This document shows positions 45,837-55,586 of a stretch of 64,000 nt of DNA, piece after piece. The stretch spans positions 2,065,805 through 2,129,804 of the forward strand of contig OZ242304.1 in assembly GCA_965207915.1 (NCBI GenBank). Direction: 5' to 3'. Under the pieces are notes generated by a model that was given only the letters and a program-made list of their open reading frames with translations, did not search any database and had not been told where the DNA came from. The DNA comes from Chloroflexota bacterium. Lineage in GTDB: Bacteria; Chloroflexota; UBA11872; VXNJ01. Numbering within the stretch: the stretch's first letter is position 1; each line of letters opens with the position of its first letter. The position numbers and the translations under genes were made by a program.

Positions 45837-46682
45837 TTAGACGCGCCCTCCCAGCGGGCGGGGCTTCTTTCCAGACTTGCGGGCGTTGATTCCGGTAACT
45901 TGTTGCTTGGTCGAGTTCCCGACTCCCAACTCGCCGAGTTCGCCCTCCGGCAGTTGATCGCAAACCACTTCGCCGCCGCGGGCCACTTCGATCCAGGCCC
46001 CCCGCGGACCCCCGGTGTTGGGATCGATGGCAAATGACGGGCAGAACTGGATTACGTACGCCAGCCGGGCCTGGTCCGACTGGTTGGGGCCGGAGCGGTG
46101 CAGGCACATCGATGACATTGCGATCGCACGTCCCTTGGCCACGTCGATGGTCACGCCCGGATCATCGCCGTCGTAGCCCACCAGATCGGGCGAATCCTCG
46201 GCCTTTTTGTGTTCTTGCAGGCCCCACCGGTGCGACCCCGGCATGACCGCGAGGGTACCGTTGTGCTCGTTGACGTCGTGCAGCGGCAGCCAGATGGTCA
46301 GGTATTCCTCCGGAACGATCGGGTAGTAGCCCGAATCCTGGTGCCAGTCGAATTTGCCGCCGGTTCGCGGGGCCTTGGTGACTGCCTGGTCCCAGTAGAG
46401 CCGGACGTCGTCCCCGATCAGCTCCATTGCCAGCTGCGACATCGTCTCGCCGACCGCCAGCTGGCGTGCGGCGGAACTCTTGTCGTGCATGTCCCAGATG
46501 AAGTTGCGACCGACGATGTTGATCGAGTCGCCACCGTCCTCGGCCCGCTCGGCGTCCATGATATTGCGCAGGCGCTCAAAATCGTCTGCGGTCGAATCGA
46601 GCAATTCGTCGGTGAAAAGCTTGTCGGTGACGAAATACCCGTCGCGCTCGAATGCTTCGCGTTGTTCGGATGTAACCAGCAT
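45837..46682 (-). CDS. PhyH family dioxygenase
   Basis: FERDGYF, K.P..G.KFDWHQD, W.PL.D....NG.L..MPGSH, HRSGPN.S...R. Confidence 0.9.
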   Translation of the reverse strand: MLVTSEQREAFERDGYFVTDKLFTDELLDSTADDFERLRNIMDAERAEDGGDSINIVGRNFIWDMHDKSSAARQLAVGETMSQLAMELIGDDVRLYWDQAVTKAPRTGGKFDWHQDSGYYPIVPEEYLTIWLPLHDVNEHNGTLAVMPGSHRWGLQEHKKAEDSPDLVGYDGDDPGVTIDVAKGRAIAMSSMCLHRSGPNQSDQARLAYVIQFCPSFAIDPNTGGPRGAWIEVARGGEVVCDQLPEGELGELGVGNSTKQQVTGINARKSGKKPRPLGGRV

Positions 46683-46764
46683 CTTGATCGCCTGTTGCCA
46701 TTTGAGATTGCGGGCGCTTCGCATAATCACGGCGAGTCCAGCCCCGCTAGATTGTGCACGCGCA

Positions 46765-48189
46765 ATGCCCAGCGACGCAAATCCCGATTCAGCGGCTATC
46801 GGATTCACTTCGGCCCGCGAACTGGTGCGCGCCTACTCCGAGCGCCGCCTCGGCGCGGTCGAGGTCGCCCGCGCGCTACTGGATCGAATTGAGCGCTTCA
46901 ACCCGGGGTTGAATGCTTTCTACCTAGTCTGTGAAGACGCCCTTGAGCAGGCCAGGCAGGCCCAGGTCCAGATTGACGCCGGCCGGGCCGGTCCGCTCTG
47001 CGGCGTGCCGGTGGTGCTTAAAGACCACACACTGGTGAAGGGCCTGCCGGCACCGTACGGCTCGCTGGCCAACGCCGGCAGCATCGCCGCAGAAGATTCG
47101 ATCATCTGGGAGCGGTTGCGCGCCGCCGGCGCGGTGCTTCTGGGCAAGACGATCATGCCGGCGTATGGACACATGGGGGTAACCCACAGTTACCTGCACG
47201 GCATCACCCGCAACCCCTGGAACCCGGCCCACACTCCCGGCGGTTCATCCGGCGGATCGGCGGTCGCGGTCGCCGGCGGCATGGCGCCGGTGGCGATAGG
47301 GACCGACGGCGGAGGATCTATCCGGATTCCGAGTTCCTTCTCCGGAATCTATGGGCTCAAACCGTCGCTGGGGCGGGTGCCAATGTATCCGACCATCGGA
47401 AATTCCGACCAGCTCTCGCACGGCGGGCCGATGACCAGAACGGTGGCCGATGCGGCCCTGACCCTTAACGTCCTGGCCGGTCCGGACGAACGCGACAACA
47501 TTTCGCTGCCCGGGCCGGTTCCGGATTACCTGGCCGGGATCGACGAGCTGGATCCGCCCCGCACGCGCATCGCATACGCGCCAGAGCTGGGTTTTGCCCA
47601 GGTCGACCCGGAAGTCGCCGCGGTCTGCCGGTCGGCCGTCGACCGGCTTTCCGACGCAGGTTGCCGGATCGAGGAAGTCGGAGCCATCTGGGATGATCCG
47701 AGCGAGGACTTTATGGCGCTGTTCAGCACGAACTACGCCCTGCGCAGCGGCGCCGACCTGGAACGCGACCGCGCTCTGTTAGAACCGACCTACGTCGCAA
47801 TGGTCGAACACGGACTTTCGCTCTCGCGCGAAAAGGTGATCGCCGCCGGCGCCCGGCGCCGCGAAATGGTGGCACGGGGGCGGGAATTGTTCGAGCGATT
47901 TGATGTCCTGCTGCTGCCGACGGTGGCGGTACTGCCGCTGAAGGTCGGTACGGACGCTCCCGCCGACGCTGATGGCCTGGAACCCCTTTCCTGGGCAACC
48001 CACACCTATACCTTCAACCTGACCGGATACCCGGCTGCCAGTTGTCCGGCGGGGTTCGCCGCCGGCAACCTGCCGGTAGGCCTGCAGGTCGTGGGACCGC
48101 GCTTTGCCGACCAGATGGTGCTCTCGTACTCGCGCCTGCTGGAAAAAATCCTGCCGTTTGCCGAAGAACGTCCGCCGCTGGTCGCCTGA
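46765..48189 (+). CDS. Amidase-signature family enzyme
   Basis: GVPVVLKD, NPWN..TPGGSSGGSA, GTDGGGSIRIP, GLKPS.GRVP, LPVGLQ. Confidence 0.93.
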   Translation: MPSDANPDSAAIGFTSARELVRAYSERRLGAVEVARALLDRIERFNPGLNAFYLVCEDALEQARQAQVQIDAGRAGPLCGVPVVLKDHTLVKGLPAPYGSLANAGSIAAEDSIIWERLRAAGAVLLGKTIMPAYGHMGVTHSYLHGITRNPWNPAHTPGGSSGGSAVAVAGGMAPVAIGTDGGGSIRIPSSFSGIYGLKPSLGRVPMYPTIGNSDQLSHGGPMTRTVADAALTLNVLAGPDERDNISLPGPVPDYLAGIDELDPPRTRIAYAPELGFAQVDPEVAAVCRSAVDRLSDAGCRIEEVGAIWDDPSEDFMALFSTNYALRSGADLERDRALLEPTYVAMVEHGLSLSREKVIAAGARRREMVARGRELFERFDVLLLPTVAVLPLKVGTDAPADADGLEPLSWATHTYTFNLTGYPAASCPAGFAAGNLPVGLQVVGPRFADQMVLSYSRLLEKILPFAEERPPLVA

Positions 48190-48214
48190 TCCGGTGCGTT
48201 GGTAGCCGGTGCGG

Positions 48215-49462
48215 TTATCCGTCCAGGCCAAGTGATGCATCGATCGGCCCCTGCCAGGCGTAGGCGCGGCGATCGATCACCTCTTCGGGCGTAATCTCGC
48301 GCTTGAGCGAGCTGGATTCGAGCTGGGCGTAGGCGAGCGCCAGATCGCGCAGGCCCTGCCGGCCGTCGCATTCGGGTGCGACGCTTCCGCCGCTGTTAAT
48401 AGCGGCCAGGAAATCGGCGAACTGAAGACCGAATTCGTGCTTGATTCCCTCCGGAAACCACCCACCAAGGACGGCCCGATCGGCGTCCCGCCAGAGCAGG
48501 TCGACAACGTCGGCCGAATTGCCGCGATCGTCGACGATGTTGCGACCGACGATCGATCCCGAACTGCCGTAATAGGCGGTAACGTGCGGCTGATCGAGCG
48601 GTCGGCCGTGCAGCCCGCGGGCGATCAGAACCTGGCCGAAACCGCCACCGGCCAGCCGCAACTGCGAAATGCAAAAGTCATCCGATTCGTCCCGGACCTC
48701 GGCGTAGTCGGCGTGGGCGTCGGGGGCGGTTTTGATCTCCTCGAGAGTGCCGGCCATCCCGCTTACCGCTTCAATCCGGCCGGCAACGTATTCGATCATG
48801 TGCAGGCGATGGACCCCCAGGTCGAGGGCGGTATTCGATCCGACCCGGTTGAGCTGGTGCCGCCATAGGTTCCCGGACCCGAAGTGGGGCGGTCTACCGG
48901 GCACACCCATCTCGCGGTGGACCACGAACTGGATGGATCCGATACGGCCGCTTTCCACGACCCAGTGCTGGGCGCGGTGCAGTTCGATGTGGCGAACCAT
49001 TTCCGCCACCGCCAGGACGCAATCGTGGGCGGCAGCCGAGTCGATCATCGTCTGGGCGGCGTGGGTGGTTATCGCCATCGGTTTTTCGACCAACGCGTGC
49101 ACCCCGGCGCTGAAGCAGTCCCGGGCCATCCCATGGTGCTGCGATACCTGGGTCAATATCAGTACCGCGTCGACCAGGTCGGCATCGAGCATTGCCCGAT
49201 AGTCGTCGAACACCTCCGGTCTTTCCGATTGCAGTTCGGAAACGTAGATGTGCGGCGTCGACATCGGATTCGCGGGATCGCTGACCGGCGGTTTTCGGGG
49301 CTCAATCCCGTCTTCGGGAGAACGAAACATCAGCGCGTTTTTGATGTGACCGGAACACAGAGCCGTGATCGTGGCCTCACAGACGCCGGCTTCGATCACC
49401 TGGGATATCCCAGCCAGATGGGCAGGCAGGACTCGCCCGCAACCGATGATCCCGATCCGCAT
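48215..49462 (-). CDS. Gfo/Idh/MocA family oxidoreductase
   Basis: IGIIGCG, HALVEKPMA, DLGVH. Confidence 0.88.
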   Translation of the reverse strand: MRIGIIGCGRVLPAHLAGISQVIEAGVCEATITALCSGHIKNALMFRSPEDGIEPRKPPVSDPANPMSTPHIYVSELQSERPEVFDDYRAMLDADLVDAVLILTQVSQHHGMARDCFSAGVHALVEKPMAITTHAAQTMIDSAAAHDCVLAVAEMVRHIELHRAQHWVVESGRIGSIQFVVHREMGVPGRPPHFGSGNLWRHQLNRVGSNTALDLGVHRLHMIEYVAGRIEAVSGMAGTLEEIKTAPDAHADYAEVRDESDDFCISQLRLAGGGFGQVLIARGLHGRPLDQPHVTAYYGSSGSIVGRNIVDDRGNSADVVDLLWRDADRAVLGGWFPEGIKHEFGLQFADFLAAINSGGSVAPECDGRQGLRDLALAYAQLESSSLKREITPEEVIDRRAYAWQGPIDASLGLDG

Positions 49463-49601
49463 GTTCTGCCACCCTCCGGCGCTGACCCGAACTGGTATGG
49501 GTCCGCCGCCAAATTACGCTCGGCGCTCATCTGTGGATGCGGGCCCCAATAGCAATAATGGCCGGGGCCAGTACACGAACGAACGCCAAAGGGATTTGTT
49601 G

Positions 49602-50564
49602 ATGGAAAAAGTCCGTCTGGGTGCCACCGACTTGCTGGTGACGCCAATCTGCATCGGAACCAGCGCGCTTGGCAATATGCCGGACACTTACACCTACGCG
49701 GTCGACGAGGAACGAGCCTGGTCAACCGTGCGGGCAATCTTCGACGGTCCGCTAAATTTCCTGGACGTCTCGCGAAATTACGGCATGGGACAGTCCGAGG
49801 CGCGGATCGGTGACGTTATTCGCGAGCGGGGCGGCAAACCCGCCGATCTGGTCATTTCCACCAAGCTCGATCGCGACATGGACAGCGGGCGGTTCGACGC
49901 CGCCCAGGCGCGCCGTTCCCTGGAAGAGAGCCTGTCGGCCCTTGGCGTCGATCGAGTGGAGATCCTGCACCTGCACGATCCCGAATACGCCGCCGACATT
50001 GACGAAGTGACCCGGTCGGGGGGCGCTCTGGACGAGTTATTCAAGATGCGCAGCGAAGGCCTGTGCGACTACGTCGGCCTGGCCGCCGGTGACGTGACCG
50101 TAATGACGCCGCTGGTTGAGACGTGGGACTTTGACTTCTTGATCTCGCACAACCGGTTCTCAATCATCAACGGCAACGCCGAGCCGCTGTTCGACCTGGC
50201 GATCGAGCGCGGGATTGTCGTCCTAAACGCCGCTCCCTACATGGGTGGCGTCCTGGCCAAGGGCAGTGAGGCGTACCCGCGCATGACCTACATGCCGGCG
50301 TCCCGGAAACAGCTCGATCCGGTGCGCGAACTCGAGCAGATCTGCCGGGAATACCAGGTGCCGCTGGGCGCTGCCGCGCTGCAGTATTCGCAGCGCGATC
50401 CACGGGTGAGCGCGACCATCTGCGGCTGCTCGCGCCCGGAACGGATCGAGCAGACTATTGCCTGGTTTGAGCACCCGGTTCCGGAAGGATTCTGGAACGC
50501 GATCGCGCAGATACCACGCGGGTTCGGCGACCCTGAAGCCGACCGCGAATACAAGCCGGGTTGA
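49602..50564 (+). CDS. Aldo/keto reductase (D-threo-aldose/L-fucose dehydrogenase-like)
   Basis: LG.T.L.V...C.GT..LG, FLD.S..YG.G.SE, ISTK, LHLHDP, NAAPY.GG.L. Confidence 0.88.
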   Translation: MEKVRLGATDLLVTPICIGTSALGNMPDTYTYAVDEERAWSTVRAIFDGPLNFLDVSRNYGMGQSEARIGDVIRERGGKPADLVISTKLDRDMDSGRFDAAQARRSLEESLSALGVDRVEILHLHDPEYAADIDEVTRSGGALDELFKMRSEGLCDYVGLAAGDVTVMTPLVETWDFDFLISHNRFSIINGNAEPLFDLAIERGIVVLNAAPYMGGVLAKGSEAYPRMTYMPASRKQLDPVRELEQICREYQVPLGAAALQYSQRDPRVSATICGCSRPERIEQTIAWFEHPVPEGFWNAIAQIPRGFGDPEADREYKPG

Positions 50565-50699
50565 TCCTTCAAATCGGCGATCGCCGAATGATCGTAATCC
50601 GGTACCCAGCGACCCGGCTCCAACTGCGTCAATTCAATTTGAGTCCGCACCGGTTCGGGATCGTGTGACTGGGATGTGCTTCTTACCTGGAGCGGATTT

Positions 50700-51662
50700 G
50701 TGCGAAAGACCCGTCTAGGAACCACCGAACTCTCAGTCACCCCAGTGTGCATCGGCACCGGCGTGCTGGGCAATATGCCCGACTCGTACACGTATGAAGT
50801 CGACGCGGAGCGAGCCCGGTCCACGGTGCGGGCCATATTCGACGGGCCGATCAACTTCCTCGATACGTCGCGAAACTACGGATTCGGACGGTCCGAGCAA
50901 CGCGTCGGCGATGTCATCCGCGAGCGCGGGGGCAAACCGGCCGATCTGGTCATATCCACCAAACTCGATCGCGACATGGAAACCGGCCGTTTTGACGCCG
51001 GCCAGGCGCGGCGGTCGATTGAGGAAAGCCTTGCCGTACTTGGCGTCGACAAGGTGGAAATCCTGCACCTGCACGACCCTGAATATGCCGCCGACGTCGG
51101 GGAGGTTACCCGATCGGGAGGTGCGCTGGATGAGCTATTCAAGATCCGCGAAGAAGGTCTCTGCGACTACGTAGGGCTGGCCGCCGGTGACGTGATGGTA
51201 ATGGCGCCGCTGGTCGGTACTTGGGACTTTGACTTCTTGATCACGCATAACCGATGCTCGATCCTCAACGGCAATGCCGAATCCTTGATCGATCAGGCAA
51301 TCGAACGCGGGATGGTCGTTCTTAACGCCGCGCCTTATATGGGCGGCATCCTCGCCAAGGGGACCGATGCGTTTCCGAGGCTTACGTATATGCCGGCTAC
51401 GTCGCGACAACTGGCGCCGGTACGCCGGATCGAGCGGATCTGCCACGAATTCCAGGTGCCACTGGGGGCCGCCGCGTTACAGTACTCGCTGCGCAACGCG
51501 CGCGTGGCTGCCACGATCTGCGGGTGCTCCCATCCGGACCGCATCGGGCAAACTGTGGCCTGGGCAGAATTCCCGATTCCTGATCGGTTTTGGACCGAAG
51601 TTGCCCAGGTTCCTCGGAATTTCGACAATCCCGAAGCAAGTCGTGTGTATCGTCCCGGTTAG
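50700..51662 (+). CDS. Aldo/keto reductase, tandem paralog of the previous gene
   Basis: GGAG plus GTG at 50700. Same length (963 nt) with long identical stretches. Confidence 0.88.
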   Translation: MRKTRLGTTELSVTPVCIGTGVLGNMPDSYTYEVDAERARSTVRAIFDGPINFLDTSRNYGFGRSEQRVGDVIRERGGKPADLVISTKLDRDMETGRFDAGQARRSIEESLAVLGVDKVEILHLHDPEYAADVGEVTRSGGALDELFKIREEGLCDYVGLAAGDVMVMAPLVGTWDFDFLITHNRCSILNGNAESLIDQAIERGMVVLNAAPYMGGILAKGTDAFPRLTYMPATSRQLAPVRRIERICHEFQVPLGAAALQYSLRNARVAATICGCSHPDRIGQTVAWAEFPIPDRFWTEVAQVPRNFDNPEASRVYRPG

Positions 51663-53890
51663 CTAGCTTCGACGGCACCGGCCAGCGGTGGTTCGACCGG
51701 GAACCGGATAGTGAACTCGGTGAACTGGCCCGGTTCGGATTCCACGCTCATCGTCCCGCCGCGCCTGACGACGATGTCGTTGGAGATTGAAAGCCCCAGA
51801 CCCGTTCCCTGATCGGTCGGCTTGGTCGTAAAAAACGGATTGAAGATCTTGTCCACGACGTCGGCCGGGATGCCGGAACCGTTGTCGCGAACCCTGATCT
51901 CGACGTTTTCGGGATCTTTGGCCGACATGAGCCGGATTCGTGGACCGCTTTCGCCGCCATTGCTAGGGGCGGGCCCGGCGATGGTGCCGCGCCAGCGCTC
52001 GTCGACCGCGTAGCAGGCGTTGGACACGAGGTTCAGGATCACCCTTCCCATGTCCTGCGGGATCACCATCACCTGGCCGACGTCCGGATCTAGCTCGTAG
52101 GCAAGGTCGGCCTGCAGGTCGGGGTCTTTGGACCGGGCTCCCTGAAACGCCAGCTTGGCGTGCAGGGAAATCAGGTGGTTTATGTCGGTGGCCTGCAGCT
52201 CTCCCGATCCGCGGCCCATGCGCAGCATGTTGGTCACGATGTTTTCGGCGCGCTGGCAGTGGTTGCGGATCCGCTCCAGGTTGTCTTCCAGGTCGGTTGC
52301 GACTTCGACGATGATCTCGCGCCCCTCCTCGTCAATCTCGCCGCTTTCGGGATCGGCCACGTCTCCGAGTTCCTCGAGCAGCTCTTCCGAGGCCTCGGAA
52401 AAGTTCTTGATGAAATTGAGCGGATTGCGGATTTCGTGGGCGACTGCGGCGGTGAGTTCGCCCAGGGCGGCGAGTTTCTCCTGGGCCACGATCTGTCCTT
52501 GAGCGCGCCGCAGTTCGGCCACCGCGGCCTCGAGCTCCTTGTTGTTTTCCTGCAGCTGCTGGGCCAGTTCCTCGACCAGGTTCAGGCGCTGTACTTCGAG
52601 GGCGTGGCGACGGAAAACCTCCAGCGTCTCACCCAGTTCGGCGATTTCGTCGTTCCCGGCCACCACTTCGCGGGCCTCCAGATCGCCCCCGGCCAACCGT
52701 CGCATCCAGACCGCGAGCTGGTCTATGCGGGCGGTTATGACGCGGCCAACGTAAAGCCAGGCGATAAGCAATCCGCCGGCGACCGCCAGGGCGGTAATGG
52801 CGAATAGGAACAGGCGGCCGACTTGAATTGAATTCGAAGCATCCATGCTGGCGCTGGCGGCATCGCCGGATGCGGCGCGCACGAGGTTGTCCACGTGCAG
52901 GCCGAGGATTCCCGCGCTCGCCTGGCTGTGACTCATCGTATCGGCCTGCTGCTGGGTGATGCGCAGCTTGTTCTCCATGGTGTCGAACCCGCCCGCTTCC
53001 GTCAGCGCCAGTCCCTGCAGCTGGCCGAATGCCGGTGCGAGCAATCCCTGGATCGGGTGACCGGCCAGCCCGGCGAGACCCAGCTGCATTCGTTCGGCGG
53101 CCGCTTCGAATCGCTCCCGCAGGGGCTCAACCGCCGCTGCCTGGTCGAGGATGAACGCCGACGCCAACACCTGCACCGCGATATTGGCATCGGCCTGAAG
53201 ATCAGTCAGGCGGCGGTAAACGTTCAGCTCCTCAGAGGTCAGGTAGTCCCCGATCTGGGTGCCGGGCCCGGCCGACAAGGCTGGGTCATCGCGGATGCCG
53301 GTCGCCAGGAAGAAGAGCTGGTCGTCGATAGCCGGACCCAGCAGCCCGGCCAAGTCATCGCGCAGCAGCGCGATCTGATCGCTGATGAGGGCCGCCCGGG
53401 CGTTCAGCTCCAGAATCTGGCGCTGATCATCTTCAAGCTGGGCTATGTCTTGAGAAATGGCGGCGCTCAATTGGCGTATCTGGGCCACGTCCTCGCCCTG
53501 ACCGGCGAACCCCGCCAGGACGGCGTCCAGTTCGGCGCGCACCGCGGCGGCCTCCTCGGCGGCCAGGTCGAATTGTTCTGGGGAATCCGCCGATGCCAGC
53601 CGGGGCCCCACCGCCACCAGATTTCCGGAGATTCGAGCCAGGTCAAAGGCCGCCGTCAACTCCGGCACCGCGTTCTCGGTGATCTGAGTCTGGAATCGGC
53701 CAACGACTTCGAAAGAAATCAGGGCCACGGTGCCCGCCAGCAGCGTCATGACCAAGGCACCGCCGATGCCCAGATACATCTGGGTCGCGATGCGGCGCGG
53801 CAGCGCCGGGAGGTTGGCCAAGAGCCAATCCCAGTCGGCGCGGATGGCATCACCCGCCGCCCGCGCCCATCGGTTTCCGGTCAGTGCCAT
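51659..53890 (-). CDS. Membrane sensor histidine kinase (TorS-like helical extracellular domain, HAMP, HisKA, HATPase)
   Basis: Two TM helices around a ~300-aa helical domain. HAMP (LAGGDL...DEIAELG), H-box AHEIRNPLNF, N-box NLVSNA, DNGSGIP, FNPFFTTK, GTGLGL. Confidence 0.92.
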   Translation of the reverse strand: MALTGNRWARAAGDAIRADWDWLLANLPALPRRIATQMYLGIGGALVMTLLAGTVALISFEVVGRFQTQITENAVPELTAAFDLARISGNLVAVGPRLASADSPEQFDLAAEEAAAVRAELDAVLAGFAGQGEDVAQIRQLSAAISQDIAQLEDDQRQILELNARAALISDQIALLRDDLAGLLGPAIDDQLFFLATGIRDDPALSAGPGTQIGDYLTSEELNVYRRLTDLQADANIAVQVLASAFILDQAAAVEPLRERFEAAAERMQLGLAGLAGHPIQGLLAPAFGQLQGLALTEAGGFDTMENKLRITQQQADTMSHSQASAGILGLHVDNLVRAASGDAASASMDASNSIQVGRLFLFAITALAVAGGLLIAWLYVGRVITARIDQLAVWMRRLAGGDLEAREVVAGNDEIAELGETLEVFRRHALEVQRLNLVEELAQQLQENNKELEAAVAELRRAQGQIVAQEKLAALGELTAAVAHEIRNPLNFIKNFSEASEELLEELGDVADPESGEIDEEGREIIVEVATDLEDNLERIRNHCQRAENIVTNMLRMGRGSGELQATDINHLISLHAKLAFQGARSKDPDLQADLAYELDPDVGQVMVIPQDMGRVILNLVSNACYAVDERWRGTIAGPAPSNGGESGPRIRLMSAKDPENVEIRVRDNGSGIPADVVDKIFNPFFTTKPTDQGTGLGLSISNDIVVRRGGTMSVESEPGQFTEFTIRFPVEPPLAGAVEAS

Positions 53891-53898
53891 CGGTGACT

Positions 53899-55176
53899 CT
53901 AAACCGGAACGGCGGGAGGGTTGTCGGGAGCGAGGGGCCGGAAACGCCCTTCGGGTCCGATTTCGGTCAGGAACACGCTGTCGGAACCCTGGTTGTCATC
54001 GGGCCCGAAGGAGAGGGGGAACCCTCCCAATTCGAATTCGACCAGCGATTTGAGCCCGTCAACAAAGCATGTCCGGCTCAGGTCTGGGCCGCAGGCGGCC
54101 AGCCCCGCGATTGCCAGGCGTCCGGCCAGATAGCCCTCGAGCGAGACGAATCCGGGCAGGCCGGTGACATCGTGCGACGCCATCGCGTCCAAGTACTCGA
54201 CCACTATCGGCACCGACCGGTCGGTGGGCAGGGGCACAACCTGGGTGACTTTCACTCCCTCGCCGTCCGGCCCCAGCTGCTGGGCGAGCGAATTTGACCC
54301 AACAAACGAAATCGCGATGAACTCTGAATCCAATCCGATCGACTTGGCCAGGCTGATCAACGTACCGACCGGTTCGTAAGCGCCGATTAGGATGATCGCT
54401 TCGGGTTCGGCCGCCGACAGGTCCAGCAGCGCCGTCTTGATGGCGGTGGTGTTGCGCGGATATAGCCCGACCCCGACCGGCTCAAGGCCCCGCCTCGCCA
54501 GGGCGTCCCGGGCGCCGTTGTACCCGGTCCTGCCGAAGGAATCGTCCTGGTATAGGACTCCGATGCGGTCGAAGCCGCGTCGATCTACGAACAGTCCGAC
54601 CATCGTCTCTGTTTCCTGCGCATAGGAAGCGCGCAGGTTGATCACGTGCTCGAGTTGCGGATCGCGCAGAAACGCCGCGCCGGTGAAGGGGGCTATGAAG
54701 GGCACCCCCGCTTCGCCGGCAACCGGAACCGTAGAACGGGAAGTCGGGGTTCCCACCGATCCGATCAGCGCAAAGACTTCCTGCACACCGATCAACTGCT
54801 GAGCGTTGGTGATTGCCGCCTCCGGTTCGTAGGCATCGTCCAGGGACACCAGCTCAAGCCTCCGGCCGTTGACTCCTCCCGATCGATTGGCTTCCGCGAA
54901 CGCGGCTTCAATGCCGCGCCGCATTTCGATGCCCAGTCCCTGCGCCGGTCCGCTGAATGCGGCGGTTTGGCCGAAAACTACCCGGTCATTGAAAATCCCG
55001 GGTTCCGGGCCCGGGTCCGGGGCCACGGCCGGTACCGGCCCGGTCGCGTCCGCGTTCACGTTTGCGGGCGCGTCGGGGCGTGTCAACACAAACACCATCG
55101 CCGCAATGGCCGCGCCCAAGACCACCAGCCCCGCCAACGCGGCAAGGGCTGGCCGGCGGGTCAACAGCGGAATCAC
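53899..55176 (-). CDS. Type I periplasmic-binding-protein fold ligand sensor (LivJ-like), N-terminally anchored
   Basis: FGQTAAFSGPA..LG, GGVNGR.LEL..LDD.YEP, VGTPTS, RASY..E, YQDDSFG, SLEGY. No transporter genes adjacent. Confidence 0.88.
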   Translation of the reverse strand: MIPLLTRRPALAALAGLVVLGAAIAAMVFVLTRPDAPANVNADATGPVPAVAPDPGPEPGIFNDRVVFGQTAAFSGPAQGLGIEMRRGIEAAFAEANRSGGVNGRRLELVSLDDAYEPEAAITNAQQLIGVQEVFALIGSVGTPTSRSTVPVAGEAGVPFIAPFTGAAFLRDPQLEHVINLRASYAQETETMVGLFVDRRGFDRIGVLYQDDSFGRTGYNGARDALARRGLEPVGVGLYPRNTTAIKTALLDLSAAEPEAIILIGAYEPVGTLISLAKSIGLDSEFIAISFVGSNSLAQQLGPDGEGVKVTQVVPLPTDRSVPIVVEYLDAMASHDVTGLPGFVSLEGYLAGRLAIAGLAACGPDLSRTCFVDGLKSLVEFELGGFPLSFGPDDNQGSDSVFLTEIGPEGRFRPLAPDNPPAVPV

Positions 55177-55586
55177 TTTGCCCGATTGGCAACCATGGTC
55201 AGGTTGTTGCGGCCGCTTCCGCGGTCGTAGGAAACCATGTCCATCAGAGTTTCCACCAGGTGGACTCCAAGCCCACCGATGCGGCGGTCGGCGACCGACG
55301 CCTCCAGATCCGGGGCGGGCGCGTCGACAAACGGATTAAACGCCGGACCAGGATCCGAGAAGACGACCGTTACCGATTCCGGCGTCGAATCGATCGTCAC
55401 CTGGATGGCCTGGTCATTGGAAAGGCCGGCGTAGGAGACGATGTTCATGCCGATTTCCTCGACCGCCAACGCAACCTTGTATTCGAGATCGGGCGTCCAA
55501 TCGTCGTCGGCCGACACTTCGGCAACGGTATCGGCAAGCTTGCTGACCGAGTCCAGTTCCGGGGTGAGCGAGAGCTCGCGCTTCAC
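55173..55586 (-). CDS. Anti-sigma factor Ser kinase (RsbW-like, HATPase_c_2)
   Basis: GTG at 55586 (GTGA overlap). LAVEEIGMNIVSYA, D.G.AFNP, IGGLGVHLV..LMD.V.Y.R..G.N.L. Confidence 0.9.
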   Translation of the reverse strand: MKRELSLTPELDSVSKLADTVAEVSADDDWTPDLEYKVALAVEEIGMNIVSYAGLSNDQAIQVTIDSTPESVTVVFSDPGPAFNPFVDAPAPDLEASVADRRIGGLGVHLVETLMDMVSYDRGSGRNNLTMVANRAK

